In this document: positions 16,630-26,847 of the stretch, piece by piece
Layout of the letters: every line of letters begins with the position of its first letter
How positions within the stretch are numbered: position 1 is the first letter of the stretch
Origin: a virus
Lineage: Duplodnaviria > Caudoviricetes
IMG/VR virus record: IMGVR_UViG_3300035181_001319
Coordinates: 1-62,841 of that record
Direction: 5' to 3' (one strand)
Length of the DNA: 62,841 nt
Position numbers and translations under genes: made by a program
Notes under the pieces: generated by a model
The model's input: the letters and a program-made list of their open reading frames with translations, nothing else
Told to the model about the DNA's origin: nothing
The model's database searches: none

Positions 16630-19100
16630 CCTGGAATTTCAGGCCAAAACAGCTTGAGACATACAAGACCGGTGGCTTTGAATTGCTGCCTTTGAACAAG
16701 CCCGATGCTTTGGACGAGAAGGGGCGGTCTATTGGCAAAGCTCCTCTCAATAAAGGCTGGAGGCGGGTGCCCGCGCTGACGATTGATCAAGCTGTACAGC
16801 TCATGACTGAGGAAGAGCACAACGTTGGTGTTCGTCTGCGAGATACAGACCTGGTGATAGACGTCGATCCTCGCAACTTTGCTGAAGGTGAAGACCCACT
16901 GAAACGCTTGCAGGACGACCTTGGCATTGACTTGTCAGGTGCGCCCACGGTGATCACAGGTTCAGGTGGCAAGCACATTTACTTGCGCAAGCCGGCCGAA
17001 GTTGCTGTGCGAGACAGCCTTGACGCCTACCAAGGTGTAGAATTCAAATCGCTTGGTCGCCAGGTTGTTGCCGCAGGGTCTGTGCATCCTGTGACTTTGC
17101 AGCCATATACCATGGACGAACTCAGCGACAGTCTGCAGGAACGTCCTGAAGCGCCACATAGCCTTTTGGAAGTGATCAAGCGGCCAGGACGCATGGGTGG
17201 TGCCGAGTCGGGGAAATATCGACCAGAGCAAATCGAGGAGGCACTGACCTTCCTCAATGCACAGGCTGACTTTGGCAAGGGCCAATATGAGCGCTGGCTT
17301 CAACTGATGATGTCCTGCCACCATGCCACAGGTGGTGAAGGTCGGGCGGAATTTTTGGCGTGGTGTGCAACGGACCCAGAGTATTCCGACAAGTCCGCTG
17401 AGGTTGGACGCAAGTGGGATGGCTTCCATACGGAAGGCTCACGCGTTGTGTCCTACAAGCATTTGTTCGGTCTGCTTGGCAAGTTTGGCGGTGAGGATGG
17501 CAAAAACTTTGTCCGTCGTGTGGACAAGGTGCCTGCTGAAGAAGACTTCCCCAACTACCTGGATGCTGACGATCGCACTGACCTGGATGAAATCATTGCC
17601 TCCTTGCCTGAGGGCAATCGTGGCGTGAATGAAGCCATGGAGTGGTTCAACAAGGCTGGTTTCTGTGCGGTCATGGACGGTTCGGCAGGCTTTCGGGTCA
17701 TGCGACAGGTTGAAGACACTGAGTGGTCTTTCCTTAGCAGTGACGGAAAGGTGGACAAACCTCGCATGCGTTGGGACAGCTACAAGCGCACTGACTTTCT
17801 CAACTTCTACGAGACAAAGAAGTGTGAGAGCGCTGATGGCAAGAAGACCGTCCAGGTGGCTGCGGAATGGCTAGGCTGGGGACAACGCACAAGCTACGAA
17901 GGTGTGGTGTTTGATCCTGCAGGCCGCTATCGTGGGGGCAAGTATTTGAACTTGTGGACTGACTGGGCCGTTCAGCCTCGCAAAGGTAACTGCTCCCTGC
18001 TCTACCAGTTGCTGCTGGAAGCTCTGTGCAATGGCAATGTGGAGGCTTTTGAATACAACCTCAACTGGGCTGCTTTCATGGTGCAAAATCCAGACAAGCC
18101 GGCAGAAGTTGCCGTGGTTTTCCGAGGCTCAAAAGGCGTCGGTAAAGGCACCTGGGGTCGAGCCCTTGCCATGCTGTGTGGTAGGCATTCACTCCAGATC
18201 AGCAACCAGCTGCAGTTCACAAACCACTTCAATGCTCACATGCGGGATTGTATTTTCCTGTTTGCAGATGAAGCCATGTGGGCCGGCGACAAGAAGTCTG
18301 AGGGTGAACTCAAGCGCTTGATCACAGAAAGCACGTTGGCAATTGAAGCCAAAGGCAAGGACATTATTCAAGCTCGCAACATGCTCCATGTCATGATGGC
18401 GTCAAACGAAGAGTGGGTTGTTCCTGCAGGCCTAGATGACGAACGTCGCTTTGCAGTGTTTGAAGTGAATGACCGCTTCAAAGGCCAGCACGAATTCTTC
18501 CAGGCACTCAACGATCAACTTGACAATGGCGGACTTCAGGCTTTACTTTGGGACCTCAAGACGCGGGACATATCCAAATTCCATCCTCGCCGGCAAGTTC
18601 CCAAGACGGGTGCTTTGGCTCGCCAGAAAATTGCCACCATGGACTTTCTTGATGGCTGGTATTATAACTGCCTGCTCAATCGGTCTTTTGGCCGTGACAT
18701 TGCACCAATTGCTGGGCATTGGGAATCACACAAGGGAATTCGAATTCTATCCTGTGACTTGCAGACCTCTGTGGAGTTGTACCTCCAGAAGATCGGTGAT
18801 CGCTGGTCACGTGGCGGTCGCCGATCGATGATGACCACAATTGGAGAGCGTCTGAAAAAACGGGTGCCTTCGGCTAGGCATGTGCGCTTTACGGCTCCGA
18901 AGGACCGTGCACTTGAGCTAGGTGAATGGCTGAATACCGATGGCCGCACATATGGCTACGACCTGCCTGGTATTGAGGAATGCCGCATCTTGTTTGAAGG
19001 GCAAATTGGCGAACGTCTAGACTGGGACAATGCTGCCGAGGATGGTGATGTGGAACCGGTCATGGCCGAGATTGCAGACGAGTTTGACCCGCTGGCATAA
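16626..19100 (+). CDS. bifunctional primase-polymerase / SF3-like helicase
   Basis: VIDVDPRN, TGSGGKHIY, PriCT-2-like middle region, GSKGVGKG Walker A, FADEA, ASN, ERRF. Confidence 0.9.
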   Translation: MTWNFRPKQLETYKTGGFELLPLNKPDALDEKGRSIGKAPLNKGWRRVPALTIDQAVQLMTEEEHNVGVRLRDTDLVIDVDPRNFAEGEDPLKRLQDDLGIDLSGAPTVITGSGGKHIYLRKPAEVAVRDSLDAYQGVEFKSLGRQVVAAGSVHPVTLQPYTMDELSDSLQERPEAPHSLLEVIKRPGRMGGAESGKYRPEQIEEALTFLNAQADFGKGQYERWLQLMMSCHHATGGEGRAEFLAWCATDPEYSDKSAEVGRKWDGFHTEGSRVVSYKHLFGLLGKFGGEDGKNFVRRVDKVPAEEDFPNYLDADDRTDLDEIIASLPEGNRGVNEAMEWFNKAGFCAVMDGSAGFRVMRQVEDTEWSFLSSDGKVDKPRMRWDSYKRTDFLNFYETKKCESADGKKTVQVAAEWLGWGQRTSYEGVVFDPAGRYRGGKYLNLWTDWAVQPRKGNCSLLYQLLLEALCNGNVEAFEYNLNWAAFMVQNPDKPAEVAVVFRGSKGVGKGTWGRALAMLCGRHSLQISNQLQFTNHFNAHMRDCIFLFADEAMWAGDKKSEGELKRLITESTLAIEAKGKDIIQARNMLHVMMASNEEWVVPAGLDDERRFAVFEVNDRFKGQHEFFQALNDQLDNGGLQALLWDLKTRDISKFHPRRQVPKTGALARQKIATMDFLDGWYYNCLLNRSFGRDIAPIAGHWESHKGIRILSCDLQTSVELYLQKIGDRWSRGGRRSMMTTIGERLKKRVPSARHVRFTAPKDRALELGEWLNTDGRTYGYDLPGIEECRILFEGQIGERLDWDNAAEDGDVEPVMAEIADEFDPLA

Positions 19101-19112
19101 CCAGCGGGTCAA
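19084..19112. terminator. hairpin between convergent genes
   Basis: TTGACCCGCTGG-CATAA-CCAGCGGGTCAA, a 12-bp perfect stem. Confidence 0.65.
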
Positions 19113-19115
19113 GAG

Positions 19116-19217
19116 TCAGCAGCCCTTGCTGCCTTTGCCACCGACAACAGGGCCGTGACCACCACGGGAGCCTTTGATCGGACCCGGTTTGGGCATGGGA
19201 GCGGGACGTCGAGCCAT
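19116..19217 (-). CDS. 33-aa basic Gly/Pro-rich peptide (not in ORF track)
   Basis: MARRPAPMPKPGPIKGSRGGHGPVVGGKGSKGC; AAAGGGTG RBS; upstream TATACT -10 and terminator. Confidence 0.55.
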   Translation of the reverse strand: MARRPAPMPKPGPIKGSRGGHGPVVGGKGSKGC

Positions 19218-19292
19218 GATTTTCACCCTTTCGTGGTTGCATGTGCACAAGTATATAACACAAGGGATTTAAGGGTTCTACCGTTGAATAGC

Positions 19293-19320
19293 AAAAAGCC
19301 CCGTGCTTTCGCACGGGGTC
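19293..19320 (-). terminator. Rho-independent terminator
   Basis: CCCCGTGC-GAAA-GCACGGGG-C-TTTTT. Confidence 0.8.
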
Positions 19321-19375
19321 TTGTTTTTGCTCGGTAATTTCAGGCGACGCACGTGGTCAAAATTGCAGACGAGTT

Positions 19376-19711
19376 CTACCCGCTAACGGGCTTAACTCCT
19401 TTGAAGGAATGCTCAACTGGCTTTGAGCTACATTCCGAAAGCCGCAGGATTTGTAGTTCTATTCCAAGAGCTGCAAGCTCTTTTTCAAGTCGCCCGGCTT
19501 GCCTTCTAAACCAAAACGGCTGAACTTCACAGTCGTAACGCCCTGATATTGTTAAACAAGTTCGTATCTTTGGCAAGGCTGGCGGATAGCACGAAAAGCC
19601 AAGAAGGGTATCTTCAAGTGCTTCTGGAGGGCAGTAGCTTTGGCAAAGTAGGGATATGGTATCTCCTGAACCTTTGCCAAAGCTTTGTTCGAGTAAAAGA
19701 AGCTCAGCCAT
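19376..19711 (-). CDS. hypothetical protein
   Basis: ORF overlapping the stop of the upstream gene. Confidence 0.45.
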   Translation of the reverse strand: MAELLLLEQSFGKGSGDTISLLCQSYCPPEALEDTLLGFSCYPPALPKIRTCLTISGRYDCEVQPFWFRRQAGRLEKELAALGIELQILRLSECSSKPVEHSFKGVKPVSG

Positions 19712-20366
19712 AGTAGTCGACCAGTCTTCGAGCAGCAATTGCCACAACCAATTTGCCTGATCGCTTGGGCCAATTCAGCTTTTTCTCCAGGTTTTCAAGC
19801 CCTTTGCCCATGCAGAAGAAGTAGAGAAGGGCGTTGGACAAATCTGGACCAAGGAAAGCGACCGCTTCCCGAAGCTGTCCAGCCTGAGTGCCATTGCCAG
19901 TAATACCTTCGAATGGCCCCCACGACTCTGGGTTGCCGTAAATCAGTTCACCATCCCAGGTCCGGAAGTTTGCATCCTCAATGCAGGCAAGCTCGTAGCT
20001 TTCCTGAAACCGCTGCCATGCCTTGGTGGCGTTCACATCAAGGCTAGGGCCTTTTTGGAATCGGAACCGACGCATGCTACGCCACAAGGGAATTTTCTTC
20101 TGGGGCTTTTTCAGCCGGTCGATCCCCACGTCAGTGATAGCATAGGCCTCGACCAGGCTTTCACCGACGACTTTGATACAGTTATCAATAAACAGGCGGT
20201 GCACATTTTCGGCCGAAATTTTGGCCGCCGTGACAAGCTTGCCTGTTTTAGAGCCCATCACACGGAAGGGCCCTACTTCACCCTTTACCCGGACAAACAC
20301 GGCATCTTCACGCCGTATCAGGTCAAGCATTTCCAGAGTGTCTTTGGCTTCAGATTTCATCGTCAT
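19704..20366 (-). CDS. DUF6456-like (GafA C-terminal-like) transcription activator/antiterminator
   Basis: C-terminal LGPDLS...FFCMGKGLENLEKKLNWPKRSGKLVVAIAARRLVDYYG matches the recalled DUF6456 pattern. Confidence 0.7.
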   Translation of the reverse strand: MTMKSEAKDTLEMLDLIRREDAVFVRVKGEVGPFRVMGSKTGKLVTAAKISAENVHRLFIDNCIKVVGESLVEAYAITDVGIDRLKKPQKKIPLWRSMRRFRFQKGPSLDVNATKAWQRFQESYELACIEDANFRTWDGELIYGNPESWGPFEGITGNGTQAGQLREAVAFLGPDLSNALLYFFCMGKGLENLEKKLNWPKRSGKLVVAIAARRLVDYYG

Positions 20367-20598
20367 ACTCCTCGGGGTCCTTCAGATGGAAGGATACCAC
20401 CTCGATGATGTCCGAGACGTCGTCGCCATCTTCAACGAACAGTTCCAAATGTCCGTCGTCAGTTTCCATGATATAGGCCACGGTGCCATACATGTCTTCA
20501 ATCATGCCATCTTCTTCATCGACCATGACCCATTTGGTCTTGGCCAAGAAGTCTTCGATAGTGGTCGGGCTGGTCGTCACATATTGCCGGTCGCTCAT
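20350..20598 (-). CDS. acidic hypothetical protein
   Basis: ATGA-coupled ORF; very acidic. Confidence 0.55.
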   Translation of the reverse strand: MSDRQYVTTSPTTIEDFLAKTKWVMVDEEDGMIEDMYGTVAYIMETDDGHLELFVEDGDDVSDIIEVVSFHLKDPEEYDDEI

Positions 20599-20801
20599 TT
20601 CCAAAGTCCCATTGTGTGTGCCAGAGATAGGGCCGGACCCGCAAGATACAGGGCATAGAAGAAGCCCAGCCAAAAGAGTTCAGCCCATTTTGCCCAAGCC
20701 GGCTGCAAAGCGTCCAGTTCAGCGTTCATGTGATCTTGATAGCGGGTGCCCATGTCTGGTCCTCCTTCTTTGATGCTGTCATGTTCATGGTCAGTTGCCA
20801 C
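20595..20801 (-). CDS. small membrane protein
   Basis: Hydrophobic C-terminal segment. Confidence 0.5.
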   Translation of the reverse strand: MATDHEHDSIKEGGPDMGTRYQDHMNAELDALQPAWAKWAELFWLGFFYALYLAGPALSLAHTMGLWK

Positions 20802-20835
20802 CCATTGCCCTTAGTTGCTGTGCTGACGTGTGCCA

Positions 20836-21255
20836 TCATCCCGCCCAGTAGAAGTTTTCGGCGCCTTCAGGCTTGACCGGCAGTGGAGCCCATTTCTTAT
20901 CAGGCGTGAACATGATAAAGCCGAGGGCATAGCCCAAGCTAAATCCCTCATGCTCGATGCTATACCGAACATGACGCCAACGCCCGCGGTAGAAGACCAG
21001 ACACTCGTACCCATCTTCGGGCTGTTCTGGAGGGCAGAACCGCTTCTGCTTTGCCCGAAACATGCGCGTGTCAAACTCCCCGCCTGGCTCGATCAAGTCG
21101 ACCATGCTCTTATAAAGTTTGATGGGGATGCGCAGCGTGTTCTGGTAGCCCTTGAGCACGAAGAAGCCAGGCGTCTGAGAGTCGCCGATATGATGCTGGT
21201 TGGTTTCGATCCAATCCAGCACTTCACGAGTGGTCTTTGCAGTAAACTGTGCCAC
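20836..21255 (-). CDS. hypothetical protein
   Basis: GGAG RBS and GTG start. Confidence 0.6.
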   Translation of the reverse strand: MAQFTAKTTREVLDWIETNQHHIGDSQTPGFFVLKGYQNTLRIPIKLYKSMVDLIEPGGEFDTRMFRAKQKRFCPPEQPEDGYECLVFYRGRWRHVRYSIEHEGFSLGYALGFIMFTPDKKWAPLPVKPEGAENFYWAG

Positions 21256-21256
21256 G

Positions 21257-21490
21257 TCAGTCTCTCCGGTTCAGGTGCGCGATCATGGCTTTGGCCAGAT
21301 CGTCGAGGTTCAGGGTCAGTTCAACGCGGCCGAAGCCAAGGTCGGGGTAGAGGTCGATCACACCCTTGGCCTCGGCCACATATAACTGGCGGTGGAGTTC
21401 AGTCTCGATTGCCAGGCGCATCGGATGGGCCGGATCGAAGGACTTCGGAACTTCCCGGATGAAGTTGTGGTCTGCGGAACTTCCGTTCAT
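21257..21490 (-). CDS. hypothetical protein
   Basis: ORF in the early operon. Confidence 0.5.
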   Translation of the reverse strand: MNGSSADHNFIREVPKSFDPAHPMRLAIETELHRQLYVAEAKGVIDLYPDLGFGRVELTLNLDDLAKAMIAHLNRRD

Positions 21491-21495
21491 GGTGT

Positions 21496-21786
21496 TCAGC
21501 CTTTCTGAAGGTTGATGATCAACTGGAGGTACAGATGTGGTTCTCGGCCACATGCCACAGCCTGACGTAGATATATCGGCGCCGGTTCAAACTCCCCGTC
21601 GTATTTGTCACCCTGGTTGTTCGGCCAAGAGAAGGCCAGTCGCTGGAACGTCCGAGCCAGGTCCAGCTGATTGGGTGTAGCATCCTGGCGCATCTCGGCA
21701 AAGGTCCGATCATCCTCTGGTGTAAAGCGCACCGTCAGGTTCCGGGTCAGCCGGGTCTTGTTGAAGGGGAAAGGTTCACCTTTCAA
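21496..21786 (-). CDS. hypothetical protein
   Basis: Probable TTG start coupled to the upstream stop. Confidence 0.45.
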   Translation of the reverse strand: MKGEPFPFNKTRLTRNLTVRFTPEDDRTFAEMRQDATPNQLDLARTFQRLAFSWPNNQGDKYDGEFEPAPIYLRQAVACGREPHLYLQLIINLQKG

Positions 21787-21971
21787 TTGAAGAACCCTCC
21801 CCAGATCAGCAGGCTGAAGACCAAAACAGTGCCGATCAAGCTGCTCACGATGTCGTACTTGCCCTTCTTGTTCTGGCCATGTTGTGCAGCCATGACCAAG
21901 AGACCGAGTGCGGTCAAACACAGGTATAACCCTTGTGGCCAGCCGATGTGGAGGTTAAGCAGGAAGTTCAT
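21783..21971 (-). CDS. small two-TM membrane protein
   Basis: GAGG RBS; two hydrophobic helices. Confidence 0.65.
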   Translation of the reverse strand: MNFLLNLHIGWPQGLYLCLTALGLLVMAAQHGQNKKGKYDIVSSLIGTVLVFSLLIWGGFFN

Positions 21972-22024
21972 GGTTGGTTCCTCTTCTTGTGTTTATAAAT
22001 CCTAGTGGCGTTGGCCCTGAGGTT

Positions 22025-23197
22025 CTACTTGGTCCTCATCTTGGTGGCCACGACGTCGTTCTGCCAGTTGCTTGGGTCAGCACTCATGCAGATTGCGATC
22101 TGACCGACCAGACGCAAGCTCAGACCGTAGAACCGATCTTGGTTGTCGGTGATGAAGTCCAGCAGCTCGTCGCCTTGCTCTTCGGTCAGGCCATACTGTT
22201 TGGCCAGCATACCTTCAGGACCTTGGGCAACGGCACGTATGCGGATCATGAAGTCACGACGAGTGCGGAGCGTGAGGCACAGATACAGGGAACGGTCAAT
22301 CAGTGCCTTGTAGTGTTCAGCGTCACGCTTGCCCGACTGGATGATCGCCTCGAAGTCGATGTTGGTCAGGAACACTACGTGGCCGTCAAAGGTGAACCTA
22401 TCCGGAATGCCATGCTCTTCAAGCCAGCGTGCTTCTTTCCGCCAGGAAATCGTGCGAGTCGGCGAGCTGTCCAACGCCCCTTTGAGCAGGTTCAGACTGG
22501 TCTCGTCACGGAACACGTCATCCACGTCGTCCAGAACCAACACGCCACCATTGCGTGTGTACCAGAGAGCTTGGTACAAGCCAACCGCAGAGATGGAGCC
22601 GGACACGGTGTCATAGCGAAGTTGCTCGTGGCCTTCCTCGTCAATGGAGTTCGGTCCATCAGGAAAGGCTTCAGCAAGCTCGGTCCGCACAGTGTGTGAT
22701 TTGCCAAGGCCAGGCGGACCGGAGATAATCAGAGAAGGGATTTTGCCGGCCACGAGACGCTTGGTCATACGCTGCATCGCATCATACCTGATAGCGATCC
22801 GCTTTTTGGCTTCTTCCAGCGTCTCACTGTCGTCATGCTCGGGCAGCGCAGCTGACCCATACAAGGCACGCGGCGCAATGAAGGTAGGCACAAAATTCTG
22901 GGGGGTAGGTTGTTCGACCGGATTTCCATCGGCATCACACAGGATGCCATCCGGAATGCCATTGGGGAAGGTGTCACGCGGCGGCTTGTTGGAGTAGGCA
23001 GGACGGCCAGGAGTGCCTACGGACCGGTTGAACCGATGGCCTTCACGCTTGAGACGAGACTTGACAGACGACACACTGGCAGCCGTGGTGTTTGCCCCTT
23101 GGACAGCGTGGCGGACATACTCCGCCGTGGTCTCGTTATCGGCGTGGGGGTTCGCGTTCAGGAAATCCATGATCGCGTTGGTGACTGCGTTACTCAT
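22025..23197 (-). CDS. AAA+ ATPase with N-terminal HTH-like paralog domain
   Basis: GPPGLGKS, VLDDVD, FLTN, ALIDRS. Confidence 0.8.
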   Translation of the reverse strand: MSNAVTNAIMDFLNANPHADNETTAEYVRHAVQGANTTAASVSSVKSRLKREGHRFNRSVGTPGRPAYSNKPPRDTFPNGIPDGILCDADGNPVEQPTPQNFVPTFIAPRALYGSAALPEHDDSETLEEAKKRIAIRYDAMQRMTKRLVAGKIPSLIISGPPGLGKSHTVRTELAEAFPDGPNSIDEEGHEQLRYDTVSGSISAVGLYQALWYTRNGGVLVLDDVDDVFRDETSLNLLKGALDSSPTRTISWRKEARWLEEHGIPDRFTFDGHVVFLTNIDFEAIIQSGKRDAEHYKALIDRSLYLCLTLRTRRDFMIRIRAVAQGPEGMLAKQYGLTEEQGDELLDFITDNQDRFYGLSLRLVGQIAICMSADPSNWQNDVVATKMRTK

Positions 23198-23309
23198 CGT
23201 CGTGTTGCTCCTAGCTTGTGCATTCAGTTTATCAAGTCAGTCTGACTGCGTATACATCAAAACTACTCAAGTTGGATCTTTTTGCCAGTCAAAGGCTTTG
23301 CTGGCATGC

Positions 23310-26300
23310 TCACTTTTGTTCCATCAGCATGCCCTTTAGAAATATCTTCATCTCTTCGGCAGACATACGGGCGGTATACTTGGCCGACTCGGCGTCCTTG
23401 CTAATCAGGCAATAGCCACCATACGTGTAAGCATAATTCAGGGTCAAGGTCCGACTGGTGGTTTTCCGGACACGTGCCAGAAGGATTTCGAGTTCCTTGC
23501 GCGTGGTCATTTGCCTTTTTCCCTTGTGCTGAGCTTGCGATAGAAGGTGTTGGACCCAATGCCTGTCCGGTCTTCGTCGACGCACCAGATACGCCCGACA
23601 TCTTCGCCAAACTGGTTGAACAGGGTTTTGTTGCGGTGGGTTTCCACATACTTGTGAGGAAGGCCAAGGTTCTCATCTTCCTCGGCATAGAACACCAGCT
23701 TGTTGGCTTCAAGCACAAGAAGCTCTGCCAGTTCGCGTCGTGTCATGCCTGTGACATCGAGACGCATATGGAACAGGCGGCGGCTGTTTTCCAGCTGGTT
23801 TTCAGCCTTGGTGAAGACATCGGTGGGTCCTCGTGTCTTGAAAGAAATGGGGTAGATACGCTGTGGTCTTTTCATGGTCGTTCCTTTCGCTCAGAAGCTC
23901 TGTCGGAACGTCGTAAAGCGGTCCATCCGGATCATACGGCGCTCGGTCAGAGCTTCGGCATAGCTATGTGGCACGTTGTGCTCCGGAGCACCGAAAGCGC
24001 TCCGGAGCGGCTTTTTACTTCTTGGTTTTACGCAGCCTGTAGGTGCACTCTGCAAGGTTCATGTGATGAACACCATTCCATGGACGCCCATAGGTTGTTT
24101 GGCCATCTGGGCTGCAATATTCCACATAGTAGTTGTGGGTTTTGGAGTGGGTGTTCTCGAAAGCTGCCCGCTTGTTTGCACCTGCATGTGTTTTGAACAC
24201 TTGCTTGAGCAACATAGCCTAGTTCTCCACCTCGACCAGTGTGTAGCCGGAGCGCTCGTCAGCGATGAACCGTTGGCCCATCATGGTCAGCTTCTTGATG
24301 TTCTCGACCGGGATGGAACGAAAGCCTTTCCTGTCCATGGCATAGACAGACAGCAGGCCGTGATCTTTGGGATCATAGCCCATCGATCTGCCTTTGGTGC
24401 CTTTGGTCACACCCGTCCGGCAGGTCATGTGATCCAGTGCACCGTTTGACCGGCGGACAAACTCGACCGCAAAGATCAGGCCGGTTTCACGAGCTTTCTC
24501 GACGAACTGCTGCAGGGTCATTTTGCGGGGCAGGCGTTTCGTCTTGGTCGTCTTGGTCATGACAGTTGCTCCTTTGTCATGGGTTGCAGGTACAGTGTGG
24601 TGATGAAGTGGCCTTTGCAGTTGAGCAGGGTCATCTTCAGTGGTTCATCAGTATGCTTGCTCATCCACCACCACGATTTGGCACGGTCGAATGAAGCATG
24701 CAGGCGTTTTGGAAGGGCGGCTTTTATTGCCTGGAAATCTGGCATGACCAGCTGGCCATTGTCCAGGAACCCCATCATGCCAGTTGCCGGTGTGCTGGCA
24801 ATGAAGGTCTTGTTCATGCCTTTGGGGTCACCAGACCAGTTGAGGAGAAAGCGCAGGGTCATTGGATCGGGTCCTTGCCGTTCACGAAGGGTTTGAGGTA
24901 GACAGTAACAATGGCTTGGCGGTCAGCATTTGTTCCGACATTCAGGTCGAATTCCAAGGCGGTGTATGGGTTGGTCCGGTTTTTGCGACGCACTGGCGCA
25001 ACACCGCTTGCCTCAAAGCGGGCATAGGATTTGCGCCAGTCACTTAGGTGAGCAAAGCATTTAGCCACAAAGGACATGTCGGGCTTGTAGAACCTGCCTT
25101 CGTGCTCTGTGCAGTCATGCACTTTGGGCGCAAAGACCCCAGGTTGATGCAAGGTAGCATCTCCTATTGGAACATTAGTCTTGGACTGGACAATCGCGGG
25201 CACCATAGACGCATAGGTCTTGGTGTAGATGAAGAGCGGATCGCGAGCATCAACCCACGTTATCCTATAGGATAACTTTGACATTTTCAGTTCCTCAACG
25301 GACGCTTTTGGGCAATGACTTGCATCACCGGCTCTACGGACTGGGATATGAAGTAGGACACAACTGCAAACTCCAACACAGTAGTCGCCCTTGCCGAGTC
25401 GACTACCTTGTGCCGGTGAGTGGTCTGTAGGGACAAGAGCGGAAGCTTGCAGGAGTAGGCCTCTTCGTAGCTCTCCACGATGTCGGCCCACATGTCTTTG
25501 GCGATTGCCTCGACGTGCTTTGTGGCGTAGGAGGTGGCCACGCGGCTGCACTGGGGACTGGCCAGGAGCTCGAGGTCCGCATCCTCGTGCTCGTCGTTGG
25601 CCTCGTAGACGTCTTCACTGGTGGCCCCGTGGTATACCCATACGTGTGCTTTTATCATGGCCGTTACTCCAGTTTGCCGTCACATGTCAGGTTGTGCATC
25701 AAGCACTCGCCAAACTCTTTGGCCGCTTCCGCGTAGGTCAGGTGCAGCTTGACGTGCTTGTGGTAGATCACACCGAAGCGGTTCAGCTTGGACCGCGTGG
25801 CACAGGTAACGAGCTGGAGCGGGAAGACCAGCGTGGTGACTTCATAGAGCACGTCAATGTGGACGTGAGGAGCTTCGGTATCGTGCATCACACTTTCTCG
25901 CTTTCTTTGTGTTAGACAGGGAACTCAGCTTTATCGGTGGCCTTACCAGACCAGCAGGCCAGTCGGCCGCTACAGGTCTGGAGCAGGTAGGAACCGTCGG
26001 CCATGGCCCAGTAGCCATACACGCCAGCGCCTTTCGGCATGCCCAAGTCTTTGGTCAACTTGTCAGCCGGAATGTCCTCACGGGAGCCGTAGCCTTTGGG
26101 GTTGAAGGCTTTCATCCTCTCTTCGTTTGCCATGTAGCTTTCCATGCCGTGAGGTTCAATCTTGAAGATCTCTTGGCAGTAGGCTGCGATGTAGGTGGCT
26201 GCGGTTTTGGCATGCATGTCAGTCAGCCCTCAAGTCGGTGGTTGCCTCGATGCCCGCTTCGGCCAGGACTTTGGCAAAGGCTTTGGCGGCTTGTTGGTAG

Positions 26301-26557
26301 GTGGCCATGCTTTGTGTCGAGCGGTGACCGGGGCACCAGAATTGCCAGCCTTTCGGATAGCCCTTGTCGCCGTAGGTGTTGCTCGCGTTCGTATTGTTCA
26401 GCTGCTTGCGGCAGTGACGAGCCAGAGGAGAGGTGCCAGAGATGGTGACCCAGGCAAAGCCACAGGGAAACCAGTGATGAGTGGGAGAAGCTTCTTCAGC
26501 TTCAGCTGCCAGCTTTGCAGCTGCGTGTGCGCGTTTCAGCAGGTCTTCATAGTCCAT
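23310..26557 (-). other. run of ~10 small early hypothetical genes (23310-23510, 23507-23875, 24015-24215, 24219-24560, 24557-24862, 24859-25284, 25287-25658, 25664-25891, 25912-26217, 26219-26557)
   Basis: Tightly packed, same-strand ORFs with RBSs. 24219-24560 looks SH3/WYL-like (FRSIPVENI). 26219-26557 has a CGFAWV motif. Confidence 0.6.
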
Positions 26558-26604
26558 GGTCGTGTGCTCCAGTTAGGTTGCTTGGTTGCTTGGTTACTTG
26601 ATTG

Positions 26605-26633
26605 ATTGTGTCGCGTATGCTTGGACTTGTAAA
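26605..26633 (-). promoter_or_regulatory. sigma70-like promoter
   Basis: TTTACA-17-CACAAT. Confidence 0.6.
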
Positions 26634-26847
26634 TGCAGCGTGCACTTATTTCGCCCAGAAATCACCGACGAAGGGAATGACTTGGGCAAAGTAGCCAGTC
26701 CAGTGGTAGATAGTGTAACCGATCGCACAGACGACCAGTGCATAGTCCACGAGTGCAGTTGCCCTCGTGTGCTTGTGAGTGATGCCACACTCGGCTTTTA
26801 CGTATCCGCTTGACATGGTTGACTGGTTCCTTGGATAGACGTACCTG

